Shown: positions 49,238 through 59,238 of the stretch, piece after piece
Position numbering within the stretch: position 1 is the first letter of the stretch
Layout: each line of letters begins with the position of its first letter
DNA from: Clostridia bacterium
Lineage (GTDB): Bacteria > Bacillota > Clostridia > Oscillospirales > CAG-272
Reading direction: 5' to 3'
NCBI GenBank assembly: GCA_017621415.1
Contig: JAGATD010000049.1
Span: 1,127-65,126, forward strand
Length of the DNA stretch: 64,000 bases
Position numbers and translations under genes: made by a program
Notes under the pieces: generated by a model
What the model saw: only the letters and a program-made list of their open reading frames with translations
The model's database searches: none
Told to the model about the DNA's origin: nothing

Positions 49238-50509
49238 TTAGTTTTCCTCCAATGCCTTCATAGCTTTAGCTCCGATGTCAGAGCGATAATATGCGTTTTC
49301 AAACTTTACCTTTTCGCATTTTTTATAAGCCGCCTTGATTGCAGAACCTAAGTCAGACGCAACAGCGGTAACTCCAAGTACACGTCCGCCTGCGTTAACA
49401 AGCTTTCCGTCAGAGAGCTTCGCACCGGCAACATACACAGAGTCAAACACCTCATCATCAATGGTGATTTCGTATCCGCTCTCATACTTTTCGGGATAGC
49501 CGCGAGAAGCCATTACAACGCAGCAGGCAGCACCGTTTGCAAACCTTACTTCACATTTATCAAGAGTTTCGTTGGTTGTTGCCATCATTACATCAAGCAG
49601 GTCTGACTCAAGAAGAGGAAGAACAACCTGTGTCTCGGGGTCGCCGAAGCGGCAGTTATATTCAATAACCTTAGGTCCGTCGGGGGTAAGCATAAGTCCG
49701 AAGTAAAGGCATCCCTTAAAGGTTCTGCCCTCCTTGTTCATAGCCTCTATTGTGGGGAGGAATATTTTTTCCATACACTCTTTGGCTACAGCCTCGGTGT
49801 AATAGGGGTTGGGAGCTATTGTACCCATACCGCCTGTGTTAAGTCCCTCATCTCCGTCAAGAGCACGCTTATGGTCCATTGATGAAACCATAGGAATAAC
49901 AACCTTTCCGTCAGTAAAGGAAAGCACCGAAACCTCGGGTCCTGTAAGGAACTCCTCGACAACAATGCGAGAGCCGCTTTCACCGAATTTTTTGTCCTCC
50001 ATTATGGACTTAACGGCATCAACAGCCATTTCCCTCTCTGTTGCTATAATAACACCCTTACCGAGCGCCAAGCCGTCTGCCTTAACTACCGTGGGGATAG
50101 GACAGGTCTTAACATACTCAAGAGCCGCCTCGGCATTATCAAAAACCTCGTATCCCGCAGTGGGAATACCGTACTTTTTCATCAGGTTCTTTGAAAACAC
50201 CTTACTGCCCTCTATTATTGCCGCGTTTGCTCTTGGTCCAAAGCAAGGAACACCGATTGCCTCAAGGGCATCAACACAACCAAGAACAAGAGGGTCATCG
50301 GGAGCAACGACCGCATAATCTATTTTCTCGTTTTTAGCAAACTCTACAATTGCGGGAATATCCTTAGCTCCGATGGGCACAAGCGTTGCGTCTTTTGCCA
50401 TACCGCCGTTACCGGGAACCGCAAAAATCTCGGTTACATTTTTATTTTCTTTTATTTTCTTGATGATGGCATGCTCTCTGCCGCCACCGCCTACTACCAT
50501 TATTTTCAT
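49238..50509 (-). CDS. purD: Phosphoribosylamine--glycine ligase
   Basis: GGGGREHA, KADGLALGKGV, NTGGMG, EYNCRFGDPETQ. Confidence 0.97.
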   Translation of the reverse strand: MKIMVVGGGGREHAIIKKIKENKNVTEIFAVPGNGGMAKDATLVPIGAKDIPAIVEFAKNEKIDYAVVAPDDPLVLGCVDALEAIGVPCFGPRANAAIIEGSKVFSKNLMKKYGIPTAGYEVFDNAEAALEYVKTCPIPTVVKADGLALGKGVIIATEREMAVDAVKSIMEDKKFGESGSRIVVEEFLTGPEVSVLSFTDGKVVIPMVSSMDHKRALDGDEGLNTGGMGTIAPNPYYTEAVAKECMEKIFLPTIEAMNKEGRTFKGCLYFGLMLTPDGPKVIEYNCRFGDPETQVVLPLLESDLLDVMMATTNETLDKCEVRFANGAACCVVMASRGYPEKYESGYEITIDDEVFDSVYVAGAKLSDGKLVNAGGRVLGVTAVASDLGSAIKAAYKKCEKVKFENAYYRSDIGAKAMKALEEN

Positions 50510-50534
50510 TCAGTTATACCTCATAAAATAATCT

Positions 50535-50763
50535 TGTCGCAAAGCGACATATCGAATCCGCATTACTAATGCGGATATATCGAAATTACTAAAAGTAATT
50601 ATATCGAGTGCCTCAAGGCACATATCGACAAAAAACGAACATCAATCACGAACAAAGCCTCGTCGATATACTCGGATTTGCCTCGTTAGATATGCCTCGC
50701 AAAGCTCGGCTCGATATATTCGCTCCCGCGAATTCGATATGTTTTCCGAGCCTCTCGGAAAAC
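50535..50763. repeat. Inverted double array of ATATCGA heptamers with palindromic spacers
   Basis: ATATCGA at 50549, 50577, 50601, 50622; TCGATAT at 50663, 50711, 50734 and TAGATAT at 50687. Confidence 0.85.
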
Positions 50764-50786
50764 GTTCATTGATTGCCTGTCGGCAA

Positions 50787-51971
50787 TTAATGGTGGAACA
50801 GGCGCATGCCCGTAAATGCCATAACCATGCCGTACTTATCGCAGCACTCAATAACCGCATCGTCACGGATAGAGCCGCCGGGCTCTGCTATATACTTAAC
50901 GCCCGATTTCTTTGCTCTCTCGATATTATCAGAGAATGGGAAGAATGCATCCGATCCCAGGGCTACGCCGTCAATTGTATCAAGGTATGCTCTCTGCTCT
51001 TCCTTAGTGAAGGGGGCGGGCTGCTCGGTGAAGTACTTCTGCCAATTACCGTCTGCGCAAACATCCTCTTCGTTCTGGTTTATGTAACCGTCTATAACAT
51101 TGTCTCTGTCAGGGCGCTTGATATCCGCCTTGAAGGGAAGAGAGAGCACCTTGTCGGACTGACGGAGGAACCAGGTATCAGCCTTACCGCCTGCGAGTCT
51201 TGTACAGTGAACTCTCGACTGCTGACCTGCTCCAACACCTATAGCCTGTCCGTCTATTGCGAAGCAAACAGAGTTGGACTGTGTATACTTAAGAGTAATA
51301 AGAGCTACCACAAGATCGCGAACCGCACTCTCGGGCATATCCTTATTCTCTGTAACAATCTCCTTAAGAAGAGCGGGATTTATTTCAAAATTATTTCTTC
51401 CCTGCTCAAATGTAATACCGTACACCTGCTTTCTTTCAACCTCAGCGGGAACAAAGTCAGGATCTATCTTTACGATATTGTAGCCGCCCTTTCTCTTTCC
51501 CTTAAGGATTTCAAGAGCCTCAGGCTCGTATCCGGGAGCTATGATTCCGTCAGAGACCTCTCTTGCTATCATCTTTGCGGTAGTAACGTCACAAACGTCG
51601 CTGAGCGCTACCCAGTCACCAAAGGAGCACATTCTGTCTGTACCTCTCGCTCTTGCATAAGCGCAAGCAAGAAGAGAGCCATCAAGTCCCTCTATATCAT
51701 CAACAAAGCAAGCCTTCTTTAACTTGTCGGAGAGAGGAATACCAACTGCAGCGGATGTGGGAGACACGTGCTTAAAGGAGGTAACCGCAGGAAGTCCGAG
51801 AGCCGCTTTAAGCTCCTTTACAAGCTGCCAGGAATTGAATGCGTCAAGGAAGTTAATGTAGCCGGGTCTGCCGTTAAGAATCTCAATAGGAAGCTCTGAG
51901 CCGTCGTGCATAAAGATTTTAGCAGGCTTTTGGTTAGGGTTACAGCCGTATTTAAGTTCAAATTCTTTCAT
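50787..51971 (-). CDS. purH: AICAR formyltransferase (PurH transformylase domain only)
   Basis: LKYGCNPNQ at the N-terminus (no IMPCH domain), SFKHVSP, KYTQSNSV, GAGQQSR, SDAFFPF, EPGGS, RLFHH. Confidence 0.9.
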   Translation of the reverse strand: MKEFELKYGCNPNQKPAKIFMHDGSELPIEILNGRPGYINFLDAFNSWQLVKELKAALGLPAVTSFKHVSPTSAAVGIPLSDKLKKACFVDDIEGLDGSLLACAYARARGTDRMCSFGDWVALSDVCDVTTAKMIAREVSDGIIAPGYEPEALEILKGKRKGGYNIVKIDPDFVPAEVERKQVYGITFEQGRNNFEINPALLKEIVTENKDMPESAVRDLVVALITLKYTQSNSVCFAIDGQAIGVGAGQQSRVHCTRLAGGKADTWFLRQSDKVLSLPFKADIKRPDRDNVIDGYINQNEEDVCADGNWQKYFTEQPAPFTKEEQRAYLDTIDGVALGSDAFFPFSDNIERAKKSGVKYIAEPGGSIRDDAVIECCDKYGMVMAFTGMRLFHH

Positions 51972-51996
51972 TTTAATCTCCTTATGTTTATACTCA

Positions 51997-52021
51997 CGGC
52001 GGGAGCAAGCCCCCGCACTAC
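51997..52021 (-). repeat. GTAG-type REP element
   Basis: GTAG-TGCGGGGGCTTGCTCCCGCCG on the minus strand. Confidence 0.6.
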
Positions 52022-52023
52022 GA

Positions 52024-52740
52024 TTATACGTTTTTGTTTACTACTCTTGTATCGGTCTCGCCTGATGCGATGTTGATATATCTTACAAAGAGAGAGACCT
52101 TGTTGTCCTCGTTAAGATTTGTCCAGATAAGGTCTGTAAGAGTATCAATATCCACATCCGGAAGAATAAGAGTTTTAGGCTCGCCTTCGAATGAAGGAAG
52201 GGGATTTCCGTCACCGTTATATGTGTGGATAAACTTAGCAACACCTGCTTTGGGGTTAGAGTATGCGTATGTAAATCTCTCACAGGAGGAATCGTCACCC
52301 TCAGCGCTCTTCAAAATAGACATAGCAAAGTTCATATCGCAGCACTCACGGCGGATAATACCCGAAATTCTGGGGGTAAAGTTAGGCTTATCGTCCTCAA
52401 ACTCACGTGTTCTGAGAGCCTGCTCAAAGGTCATCTGCTTGTCCATAAGCTCATAAATCGTATCGGTCTGGTCGCCGTTTGTAACAATTGTTTTGTTGCC
52501 GAGAACTCTTACGGGATAGTAGATGATAAGGTGCGGGTCAACCATTTTTGACTCATCAAACGCCTTGGTACGCATAGCATCACCCTCAAGAACAAAAACA
52601 CGGTTACGGCTGTTCTCGCTTCTGCCCATAATAAAGTAAGCGGTAACTGCCTTTTTCCCGTCGGCAGACTTGCCTATTATAATTCCTCTGCCGTGGTAGG
52701 CAAGAGAGTTAAGCTCTTCCTTAATTGTGGATATTTTCAT
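52024..52740 (-). CDS. IMP cyclohydrolase (PurO-like)
   Basis: YHGRGIIIG, AYFIMGRSENSRNR, IIYYPV, VTNGDQTD, FTPRISG. Confidence 0.85.
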   Translation of the reverse strand: MKISTIKEELNSLAYHGRGIIIGKSADGKKAVTAYFIMGRSENSRNRVFVLEGDAMRTKAFDESKMVDPHLIIYYPVRVLGNKTIVTNGDQTDTIYELMDKQMTFEQALRTREFEDDKPNFTPRISGIIRRECCDMNFAMSILKSAEGDDSSCERFTYAYSNPKAGVAKFIHTYNGDGNPLPSFEGEPKTLILPDVDIDTLTDLIWTNLNEDNKVSLFVRYINIASGETDTRVVNKNV

Positions 52741-52743
52741 TTT

Positions 52744-53376
52744 TTATTCTCCAATATATACTTTATTGTTTTTAACGGTTATTTTTCCGTCGCAGAACAG
52801 CTGCACTGCTCTTGGAAGTATTTTCCACTCTGCCTCTTCCATAATTCTTCGCTGAAGTGTTTCGGGAGTGTCATCTTCCCTTACCTCAACAGCCTTTTGA
52901 AGAACTATTGGACCTGCGTCACACTCGGGAGTAACTATATGAACTGTTGCACCCGAAACCTTAACGCCCTTTTCAAGCGCTGCCTCGTGAACGTGGAGTC
53001 CGTAATAGCCCTTGCCGCAGAATGAGGGAATAAGAGCCGGATGAACATTAAGAATTCTGTTTGGGAATGCTTCATATACCTGCTCGTCAATTATGGTAAG
53101 GAAGCCTGCAAGTACAACAAGGTCTATACCGGCTGCTACCATTTCATCGGCAAGCGCTCTTGAATAATCGGCAATGCTTTCGTAATCACGGCGGGCAAGC
53201 ACCTTTGCTTTGATCCCTGCCCGAGCCGCCCTCTCAAGAGCGAAAACACCGGGCTTCGACGCAATTACCAGAGTGATTTCGCCTGCTCCAAGCTCGCCCC
53301 TGCCCTGAGCGTCAATAAGCGCCTGCAGGTTTGTTCCGCCGCCCGAAACAAGAACGGCAATCTTTTTCTTTAACAT
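52744..53376 (-). CDS. purN: Phosphoribosylglycinamide formyltransferase
   Basis: [31 protein letters not shown]. Confidence 0.96.
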   Translation of the reverse strand: MLKKKIAVLVSGGGTNLQALIDAQGRGELGAGEITLVIASKPGVFALERAARAGIKAKVLARRDYESIADYSRALADEMVAAGIDLVVLAGFLTIIDEQVYEAFPNRILNVHPALIPSFCGKGYYGLHVHEAALEKGVKVSGATVHIVTPECDAGPIVLQKAVEVREDDTPETLQRRIMEEAEWKILPRAVQLFCDGKITVKNNKVYIGE

Positions 53377-54413
53377 AAGATTACACCCTCGTCAGTTTCA
53401 ACAACCTCACCGAGAAGATATGCCTCATCGCCGTTAGCGCGAAGAGTTTCGATAGCCACGTCGGCATCAGCCTTATCAACAACAACTATCATACCGACAC
53501 CCATATTAAAGGTGTTGTACATATCTCTTTCGGGAATGTTTCCGGTCTTTGCGATAAGATCAAAGATAGGAAGAACCTTAACGTCTGCCTTATTTATCTT
53601 AGCGCCAAGTCCGTCGGGGAAGCTACGGGGAATATTCTCATAGAAGCCGCCGCCTGTAATATGGGAAATACCCTTAACACCGACCTTTTCAAGGAGAGCG
53701 AGAATGCTCTTTACATATATTCTTGTGGGAGTGAGGAGTGCTTCACCAACACTCTTTCCGCCCAAAGACTCGCAAGGAGTGTAAAGCTCGGGGGGATTAT
53801 TATCAATATTAAACACCTTACGGCAAAGAGAGAAGCCGTTTGAATGAATACCAGTTGAGGGGAGAGCGATAATAACGTCGCCCGCCTTCATCTTTGTGTT
53901 ATCAATGATCTTCTTTTTATCAACTATACCAACAGCAAAGCCGGCAAGGTCATAATCATGGGCAGGCATAAGCCCCGGATGCTCGGCGGTTTCGCCTCCG
54001 ATAAGAGCGGCTCCGGACTGCACACAGCCCTCGGCAACGCCCGAAACAATAGACGCAATCTTTTCGGGATAGTTCTTTCCGCAAGCTATATAATCAAGGA
54101 AGAAAAGAGGCTTTGCGCCGCAGCAGATAATGTCGTTTACACACATTGCGACAGCGTCAATACCGATTGTATCATGCTTGTCCATAAGCTGAGCAAGCTT
54201 AACCTTTGTTCCGCAGCCGTCAGTACCCGAAACAAGAACAGGCTCCTCCATACCTGTGGGGAGACCAAAGCAACCGCCAAAGCCTCCGACATCGTCGAGG
54301 CAGCCCTCGTTACGAGTACGGGCAATATGCGCCTTCATAAGCTCAACGGCCTTGTATCCCGCGGTAATATCAACGCCTGCGGCAGCGTAGCTTTCAGATC
54401 TTGAATTTTTCAC
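53370..54413 (-). CDS. purM: AIR synthase
   Basis: [43 protein letters not shown]; GTG start at 54413 inferred. Confidence 0.95.
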   Translation of the reverse strand: MKNSRSESYAAAGVDITAGYKAVELMKAHIARTRNEGCLDDVGGFGGCFGLPTGMEEPVLVSGTDGCGTKVKLAQLMDKHDTIGIDAVAMCVNDIICCGAKPLFFLDYIACGKNYPEKIASIVSGVAEGCVQSGAALIGGETAEHPGLMPAHDYDLAGFAVGIVDKKKIIDNTKMKAGDVIIALPSTGIHSNGFSLCRKVFNIDNNPPELYTPCESLGGKSVGEALLTPTRIYVKSILALLEKVGVKGISHITGGGFYENIPRSFPDGLGAKINKADVKVLPIFDLIAKTGNIPERDMYNTFNMGVGMIVVVDKADADVAIETLRANGDEAYLLGEVVETDEGVILC

Positions 54414-54429
54414 TTTAAACGTCTCACTT

Positions 54430-55839
54430 TCACTTTTTATTTTCGGAAATTTTGTTTTCGTATTTATTTTCGTATTTCTTGGGGATCTCTGTTGGGTACT
54501 TACCGTCAAAGCATGCTGTGCAGTAGCCTGCGGATGTGCCGGTTTTACAAATTTCGGTAACGTCTTCAAGTCTCAGATATCCGAGAGAGTCGGCACCGGT
54601 AATCTTTGTTATCTCCTCAACCGTATGGTTGCAGGCGATAAGAGAATCCTTAGAATCAATATCTGTACCGTAATAGCAGGGGTTGATAAATGCGGGTGCA
54701 GAGGACCTGAGATGTACCTCCTTTGCCCCTGCGCTCTTTAAAAGCTTTACAAGCTTTGCGCAGGTTGTACCTCTTACTATTGAGTCGTCAACAAGAACAA
54801 CTCGCTTACCCCCAACGGTATCTCTGACCGGGTTAAGCTTTATTTTCACCTTATCCTCGCGTACATCTTGACCGGGAGCGATAAAGGTTCTGCCAATATA
54901 TTTATTTTTTATAAGTCCTATACCGTAGGGTATACCTGACTCCTGCGCATAGCCTATTGCGGCATCAAGACCGGAATCGGGGACACCAACAACAATATCC
55001 GCTTCAACCGGATGAGCCTTAGCAAGCAGCTTTCCTGCCTTGCGGCGAGCCTTGTGAACCGCGCAGCCTGCAATAGAGGAATCGGGTCTCGCTGTGTAAA
55101 TATACTCAAAAATGCAAAGGCTTTCGTTACATTCACCGCATCTGTCTGTCAAGGACCTTACCGAACCGCCCTGGAATACAACTATCTCACCCGGGGCAAG
55201 CTCACGAATAAACGTAGCTCCTACAGAATCAAGAGCGCAGGTCTCGTCAGCGACAACATACTGACCGTCATCCCTCTGACCGTAGCACATTGGGTGAATA
55301 CCGTATCTGTCTCTTGCGGCAATCATCTTCTGCGGAGACATGAGCAGCATGCAAAGACCGCCGGAAAACCTAGTCATAGCTTTAGAAACAGCCTCCTCAA
55401 TAGAGGCGGATGTAAGTCTCTCTTTTGTAATAACGCAGGATACAATCTCCGCATCAATCGTTGTATGGAAAATATGTCCCTCAAGCTCAAGCTCTCTTTT
55501 CAGCTCGGCAGCATTGGAAAGCTTGCCCGAGGTGGCGATAGCCATTCTTCCCTTAACATGGTTTACAACCACAGGCTCGGCATTTACCCTATCCTTGGTT
55601 CCCAGGGTACCGTACCTTACGTGACCGATAGCCATATTTCCAAGCCCGAGATTTTGCAATGCCTTATGGTCAAAGACATCATCGACAAGACCCGAATCCT
55701 TATGTGTTGAGAAAATTCCGTCATCATTAACAACAATTCCCGCGCTTTCCTGACCTCTGTGCTGGAGCGCAAAAAGACCGTAATACACACTTGATGCTAC
55801 ATTGCATCTCTCTTTACCTATAATACCGAATACAGCCAT
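54430..55839 (-). CDS. purF: Amidophosphoribosyltransferase with degenerate glutaminase domain
   Basis: [48 protein letters not shown]; catalytic Cys1 absent. Confidence 0.93.
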   Translation of the reverse strand: MAVFGIIGKERCNVASSVYYGLFALQHRGQESAGIVVNDDGIFSTHKDSGLVDDVFDHKALQNLGLGNMAIGHVRYGTLGTKDRVNAEPVVVNHVKGRMAIATSGKLSNAAELKRELELEGHIFHTTIDAEIVSCVITKERLTSASIEEAVSKAMTRFSGGLCMLLMSPQKMIAARDRYGIHPMCYGQRDDGQYVVADETCALDSVGATFIRELAPGEIVVFQGGSVRSLTDRCGECNESLCIFEYIYTARPDSSIAGCAVHKARRKAGKLLAKAHPVEADIVVGVPDSGLDAAIGYAQESGIPYGIGLIKNKYIGRTFIAPGQDVREDKVKIKLNPVRDTVGGKRVVLVDDSIVRGTTCAKLVKLLKSAGAKEVHLRSSAPAFINPCYYGTDIDSKDSLIACNHTVEEITKITGADSLGYLRLEDVTEICKTGTSAGYCTACFDGKYPTEIPKKYENKYENKISENKK

Positions 55840-55865
55840 AAAAATTTCTCCTTTAAAAACGCGGC

Positions 55866-56360
55866 TTAAACATTGTACTTTTCTTCAACAGCCCTGTTCT
55901 TCTCAAGTACAACAAGCGCCGCCTCCGAACGCTTTGCTTCAAGCTTTGCGGCGAGTGTATCATCAGAGAGTGCGAGTATCTCAGCAGCCAGGTGAGCCGC
56001 ATTTGCAGCACCGTCTATCGCTACGGTTGCAACAGGAATGCCCGAGGGCATCTGAACCGTAGACCAAAGAGCATCTACACCGCCGGTGTTCTTACAGGAA
56101 ATGGGAATACCGATAACCGGGAGTGTTGTGTTTGCCGCAACAGCGCCTGCAAGGTGCGCTGCCATGCCCGCGGCAGCTATCATAACTCCAAAGCCACAAG
56201 CCTTCGCTCCCTTAACGAACTCAGCCGCTTCAAGGGGAGTTCGGTGTGCCGAATATACGTGAACCTCGAAGGGAATGCCGTAATCCCTAAGAACCGCAAT
56301 ACCCTTTTCTACTATGGGAAGATCGCTGTCGCTTCCCATTAGAATTGCTACTTTTTTCAT
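55866..56360 (-). CDS. purE: N5-CAIR mutase
   Basis: MGSDSD, SAHRTP, AGMAAHL, PVIGIP, VQMPSGIPVATV. Confidence 0.96.
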   Translation of the reverse strand: MKKVAILMGSDSDLPIVEKGIAVLRDYGIPFEVHVYSAHRTPLEAAEFVKGAKACGFGVMIAAAGMAAHLAGAVAANTTLPVIGIPISCKNTGGVDALWSTVQMPSGIPVATVAIDGAANAAHLAAEILALSDDTLAAKLEAKRSEAALVVLEKNRAVEEKYNV

Positions 56361-56383
56361 AAAATCTCGCCTCCTGGTAAATT

Positions 56384-56428
56384 AAAAAAATAAAAGGGCA
56401 GAACTACCCCATAAAGGTAGTGCTGCCC
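56384..56428 (-). terminator. Riboswitch expression-platform terminator
   Basis: GGGCAGCACTACC..GGTAGTTCTGCCC followed by T-rich tail; overlaps the aptamer 3' end. Confidence 0.85.
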
Positions 56429-56497
56429 AGACGGTCGACTTAATACGATTTTTGCTTCCTTGCAGTCAATTCTGCTTACCGTCGGTTACAAAAACCC
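56423..56497 (-). ncRNA. ZMP/ZTP (pfl) riboswitch
   Basis: P1 TTTTTGT/GCAAAAA, AACCGACGG, P2 GCAG..CTGC, 3' GTCGACCGTCTGGGCA; GACGG/CCGTC pseudoknot; upstream of the pur operon. Confidence 0.88.
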
Positions 56498-56509
56498 TTA
56501 CCATTGTAT

Positions 56510-56539
56510 ATTCTACCATATTATAAATATAAAAGTCAA
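56510..56539 (-). promoter_or_regulatory. sigmaA promoter of the pur operon
   Basis: TTGACT-18-TAGAAT with extended TG. Confidence 0.65.
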
Positions 56540-56636
56540 CACAATTGAATAGATTGATGACGAAAAAAGTTGAAAAAATAAACGCCCGCATTTTAGTCAA
56601 CTTATACAAAACCGACTTCAAGGCAAAGCAAACCAG

Positions 56637-57980
56637 TCAAAAAAGCCTTACCAAATAAATCTCGTTTTCCTTTGTCTGGAGAATAATTTTCGAGCCCGAT
56701 ATAGCTACGTTTTCCGCCTTGAAAATATTGGGAGTGCCCCTATCGGAGGTTGGCTGAACCTTTGTTACCGAGCAGGTTTTATACGTCGAGCCTTTGAGAA
56801 CTATTTCTGTTTTTCCGCTATATTTTCTTGTGGTAAGCATAATTGCAGCCTCATCATTTCCTTTAGCCGCAAGAGAATACAGCTCCTTGCCGTAATCCGC
56901 GGTGGTTTCTACCGCCGTTCCGAGGCGGTAAAGCTCGGCAAAGAAGCACATTACGTTATATGCGGAATAGTGGCGGTGCGACGTGTGGTCTTCAACCGAG
57001 AAAAGTCCGTTTTCCACAGAAGAGGCATCCGCCGACGAATAAAACATCATTTCCACACTGCTTTTTTGTGTCAATATAAGCGATGCCGCAAGCTCGGATG
57101 GAAAGCTCTGCGAAAGGCAGGGCGGAATCTGTGATGGGGCAGTATTGTACTTTGAAATTATGCTCTTTACCCTTTTGTGCCCGGCTCCGTCAAGGTATGA
57201 TCTTGCATACTTTGCGTGCATTGCCAACTCCTCGGGGTTAGCTGTCATACATGACCAGCTGAAAAAGTCGATAGGAGCTCCTGTTTCCTCTTTGTTTATG
57301 TAAGAAAGGAACTGCTGCATAAACGGAACATAGCTCTTCATCTCCTCGGTTGCGTCAATGCGGTTAAGCGAATAAAAGCCACCGGCGCCGTAGGCCCCAA
57401 TTTTCAGCTTAGGAAACCTCTCTCTTAAATGATTTGCTGTTATTCTGTATAGCTCAAAATATTCCTCGGCAGAACCGGCAAAGCCCTCGGGCGTGTCGGG
57501 AGAATTCCATATTTCTACATATTTAATATTCCATTTGAAGCCGTTCGCCCACCCCTCGTTGTAATGCATTAAAATGTGCTCGCATATCCTCGCCCATTTT
57601 CCTTTATCCGAGGTTGGCGAAACAAAAAGCTTTTTAGAATAAGGCTCAGCAGCCTCGCCGAAGCAATAAAATATCTCTGCTCCCACAGCCTTTACCGAGG
57701 AAAGGTACAGGTCAGTAGGAAGAAAATTATACGATTCCTCTAAATTCTCGTCAGCCGAGAAATCGGGAAAAATCGAATGTATATTTAAAAATTGATTGTA
57801 ACCATAGTCTCCTGATGTGGCGCCAACTCTGACAAACGGCACTCTCATTCGGCAAAACTCATCTGTAAAGTCGTACGAAAGCCCTGCCCCGCCCGAGCGA
57901 GGTCCGCAATTTACCGAGCACAGGGGCTTTATTCTGCCGCACTTTTTTTCAAAATCAACCGTTATGGATTTTCCCAGCAT
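56637..57980 (-). CDS. GH39-like protein, catalytic residues substituted
   Basis: IFPDFSAD..SY.F..TD.YL, HYNEGWANGF, EIWNSPD, P.DFFSW family motifs. Confidence 0.7.
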   Translation of the reverse strand: MLGKSITVDFEKKCGRIKPLCSVNCGPRSGGAGLSYDFTDEFCRMRVPFVRVGATSGDYGYNQFLNIHSIFPDFSADENLEESYNFLPTDLYLSSVKAVGAEIFYCFGEAAEPYSKKLFVSPTSDKGKWARICEHILMHYNEGWANGFKWNIKYVEIWNSPDTPEGFAGSAEEYFELYRITANHLRERFPKLKIGAYGAGGFYSLNRIDATEEMKSYVPFMQQFLSYINKEETGAPIDFFSWSCMTANPEELAMHAKYARSYLDGAGHKRVKSIISKYNTAPSQIPPCLSQSFPSELAASLILTQKSSVEMMFYSSADASSVENGLFSVEDHTSHRHYSAYNVMCFFAELYRLGTAVETTADYGKELYSLAAKGNDEAAIMLTTRKYSGKTEIVLKGSTYKTCSVTKVQPTSDRGTPNIFKAENVAISGSKIILQTKENEIYLVRLF

Positions 57981-58258
57981 TTTTACACCGTCCGCATATT
58001 TTTATACATACATTGTAGCAATTTTTTGCTTGAATGTCAAGTGTAACAGGTTGATATAGTACGCTCATATTCTTTCATATACGACATTTTTCTGCAAAAA
58101 TTATATTTTTGAGTGTTGAGAACCCACTGATTTTGTGAAAAAGAGAGGATTTCAATTTTTTTTGAATTTTTTTCAAAAAAATCTGTACAAGTGAAAAAAA
58201 ATGTGTTAAAATAGAAAAGTAATTTTATTCGCAATATGCGACAAAGGAGAATCTTCTT

Positions 58259-58957
58259 ATGAAACTTGTTTACAAAGGCAAAACAAAAGACGTTTACGCT
58301 CTTGAAAACGGCAATGTACTCCTTAAGTTTAAGGACGACTGTACCGGTAAAGACGGCGTGTTTGATCCCGGTGAAAACTCGGTTGGTCTTACTATCGACG
58401 GTATCGGAAAGGCTAATCTCCAATCCTCTGTTCACTACTTCGAGCTCTGCAAAAAGGCAGGCATCAAGACCCACTATGTAAGCGCAGACATTGAAAATGC
58501 TACAATGGAGGTTCTTCCCGCAGAGTGCTTCGGTAAGGATCTTGGAGGCGGCGGTCTCGAGGTTATCTGCCGTCTTGTCGCAACAGGCAGCTTTATCCGC
58601 AGATACGGTGAGTACATAAAAGACGGAACTCCTCTTGAGGGCGGATATGTTGAGTGCACATTCAAGAATGATGAAAAGGGCGATCCCCTTGTAACCGGCG
58701 AGGGCCTTGTTGCTCTTAAGGTTATGACCAAGGAGATGTTTGAGAGCCTTAAAGAACAGACTCTTGCTATTACCAAGATTGTTGCTGATGACTTAAAGTC
58801 TATCGGCCTCGACCTTTGGGACATCAAGTTCGAGTTTGGCTACAATAACGGCGAGGTTATTCTTATCGACGAGATTGCTTCTGGCAATATGAGAGTTTAC
58901 AAAGACGGAGTTATTGTTGCTCCCACCGAGCTCACAAAGCTTATAAACAACAGATAA
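58259..58957 (+). CDS. purC: SAICAR synthetase
   Basis: [37 protein letters not shown]. Confidence 0.93.
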   Translation: MKLVYKGKTKDVYALENGNVLLKFKDDCTGKDGVFDPGENSVGLTIDGIGKANLQSSVHYFELCKKAGIKTHYVSADIENATMEVLPAECFGKDLGGGGLEVICRLVATGSFIRRYGEYIKDGTPLEGGYVECTFKNDEKGDPLVTGEGLVALKVMTKEMFESLKEQTLAITKIVADDLKSIGLDLWDIKFEFGYNNGEVILIDEIASGNMRVYKDGVIVAPTELTKLINNR

Positions 58958-58964
58958 TTTTTTC

Positions 58965-59006
58965 AAAGCACCCGAGTGTTTTAAAAGAGCTTGGGTGCTT
59001 TTTTTT
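58965..59006 (+). terminator. Intrinsic terminator after purC
   Basis: AAAGCACCCGAG..CTTGGGTGCTTT followed by a T run. Confidence 0.8.
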
Positions 59007-59095
59007 GTTACATTTTTGCGAGATTATGCAAACAATTGTTGTCATGATTGGCAGTTTTGCTGATTTTTCAATCTTGTTTTACAATTTTCAGAAAG

Positions 59096-59204
59096 AACAA
59101 AAAGACGATTTTGAAAACAAAAAGACGATTTGTTTTTTATTCTTTCAAAAATCTTTCTAATAACGTCAATTTGTCTTGACAACCTTAGAAAATAGTGTTA
59201 CAAT
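59096..59204 (+). promoter_or_regulatory. Promoter with upstream 16-bp direct repeats
   Basis: AACAAAAAGACGATTT at 59096 and 59116; TTGACA(59176)-17-TACAAT. Confidence 0.65.
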
Positions 59205-59238
59205 GTACTAAGAAAAAAACATTTTATGGAGTGACATT

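Noticed and set aside
50535-50763. CRISPR array
   Set aside because: The constant unit is only 7 bp, the spacers are short palindromes, and there are no cas genes. Reported instead as a novel repeat.
50739-51722. 327-aa antisense ORF over purH (and similar shadows over pduL, purL and purF)
   Set aside because: Same codon-bias shadow effect; the opposite strand has clear conserved genes.
54414-54569. N-terminal extension of PurM in the ORF track
   Set aside because: It overlaps purF; PurM homology begins near the GTG at 54413.
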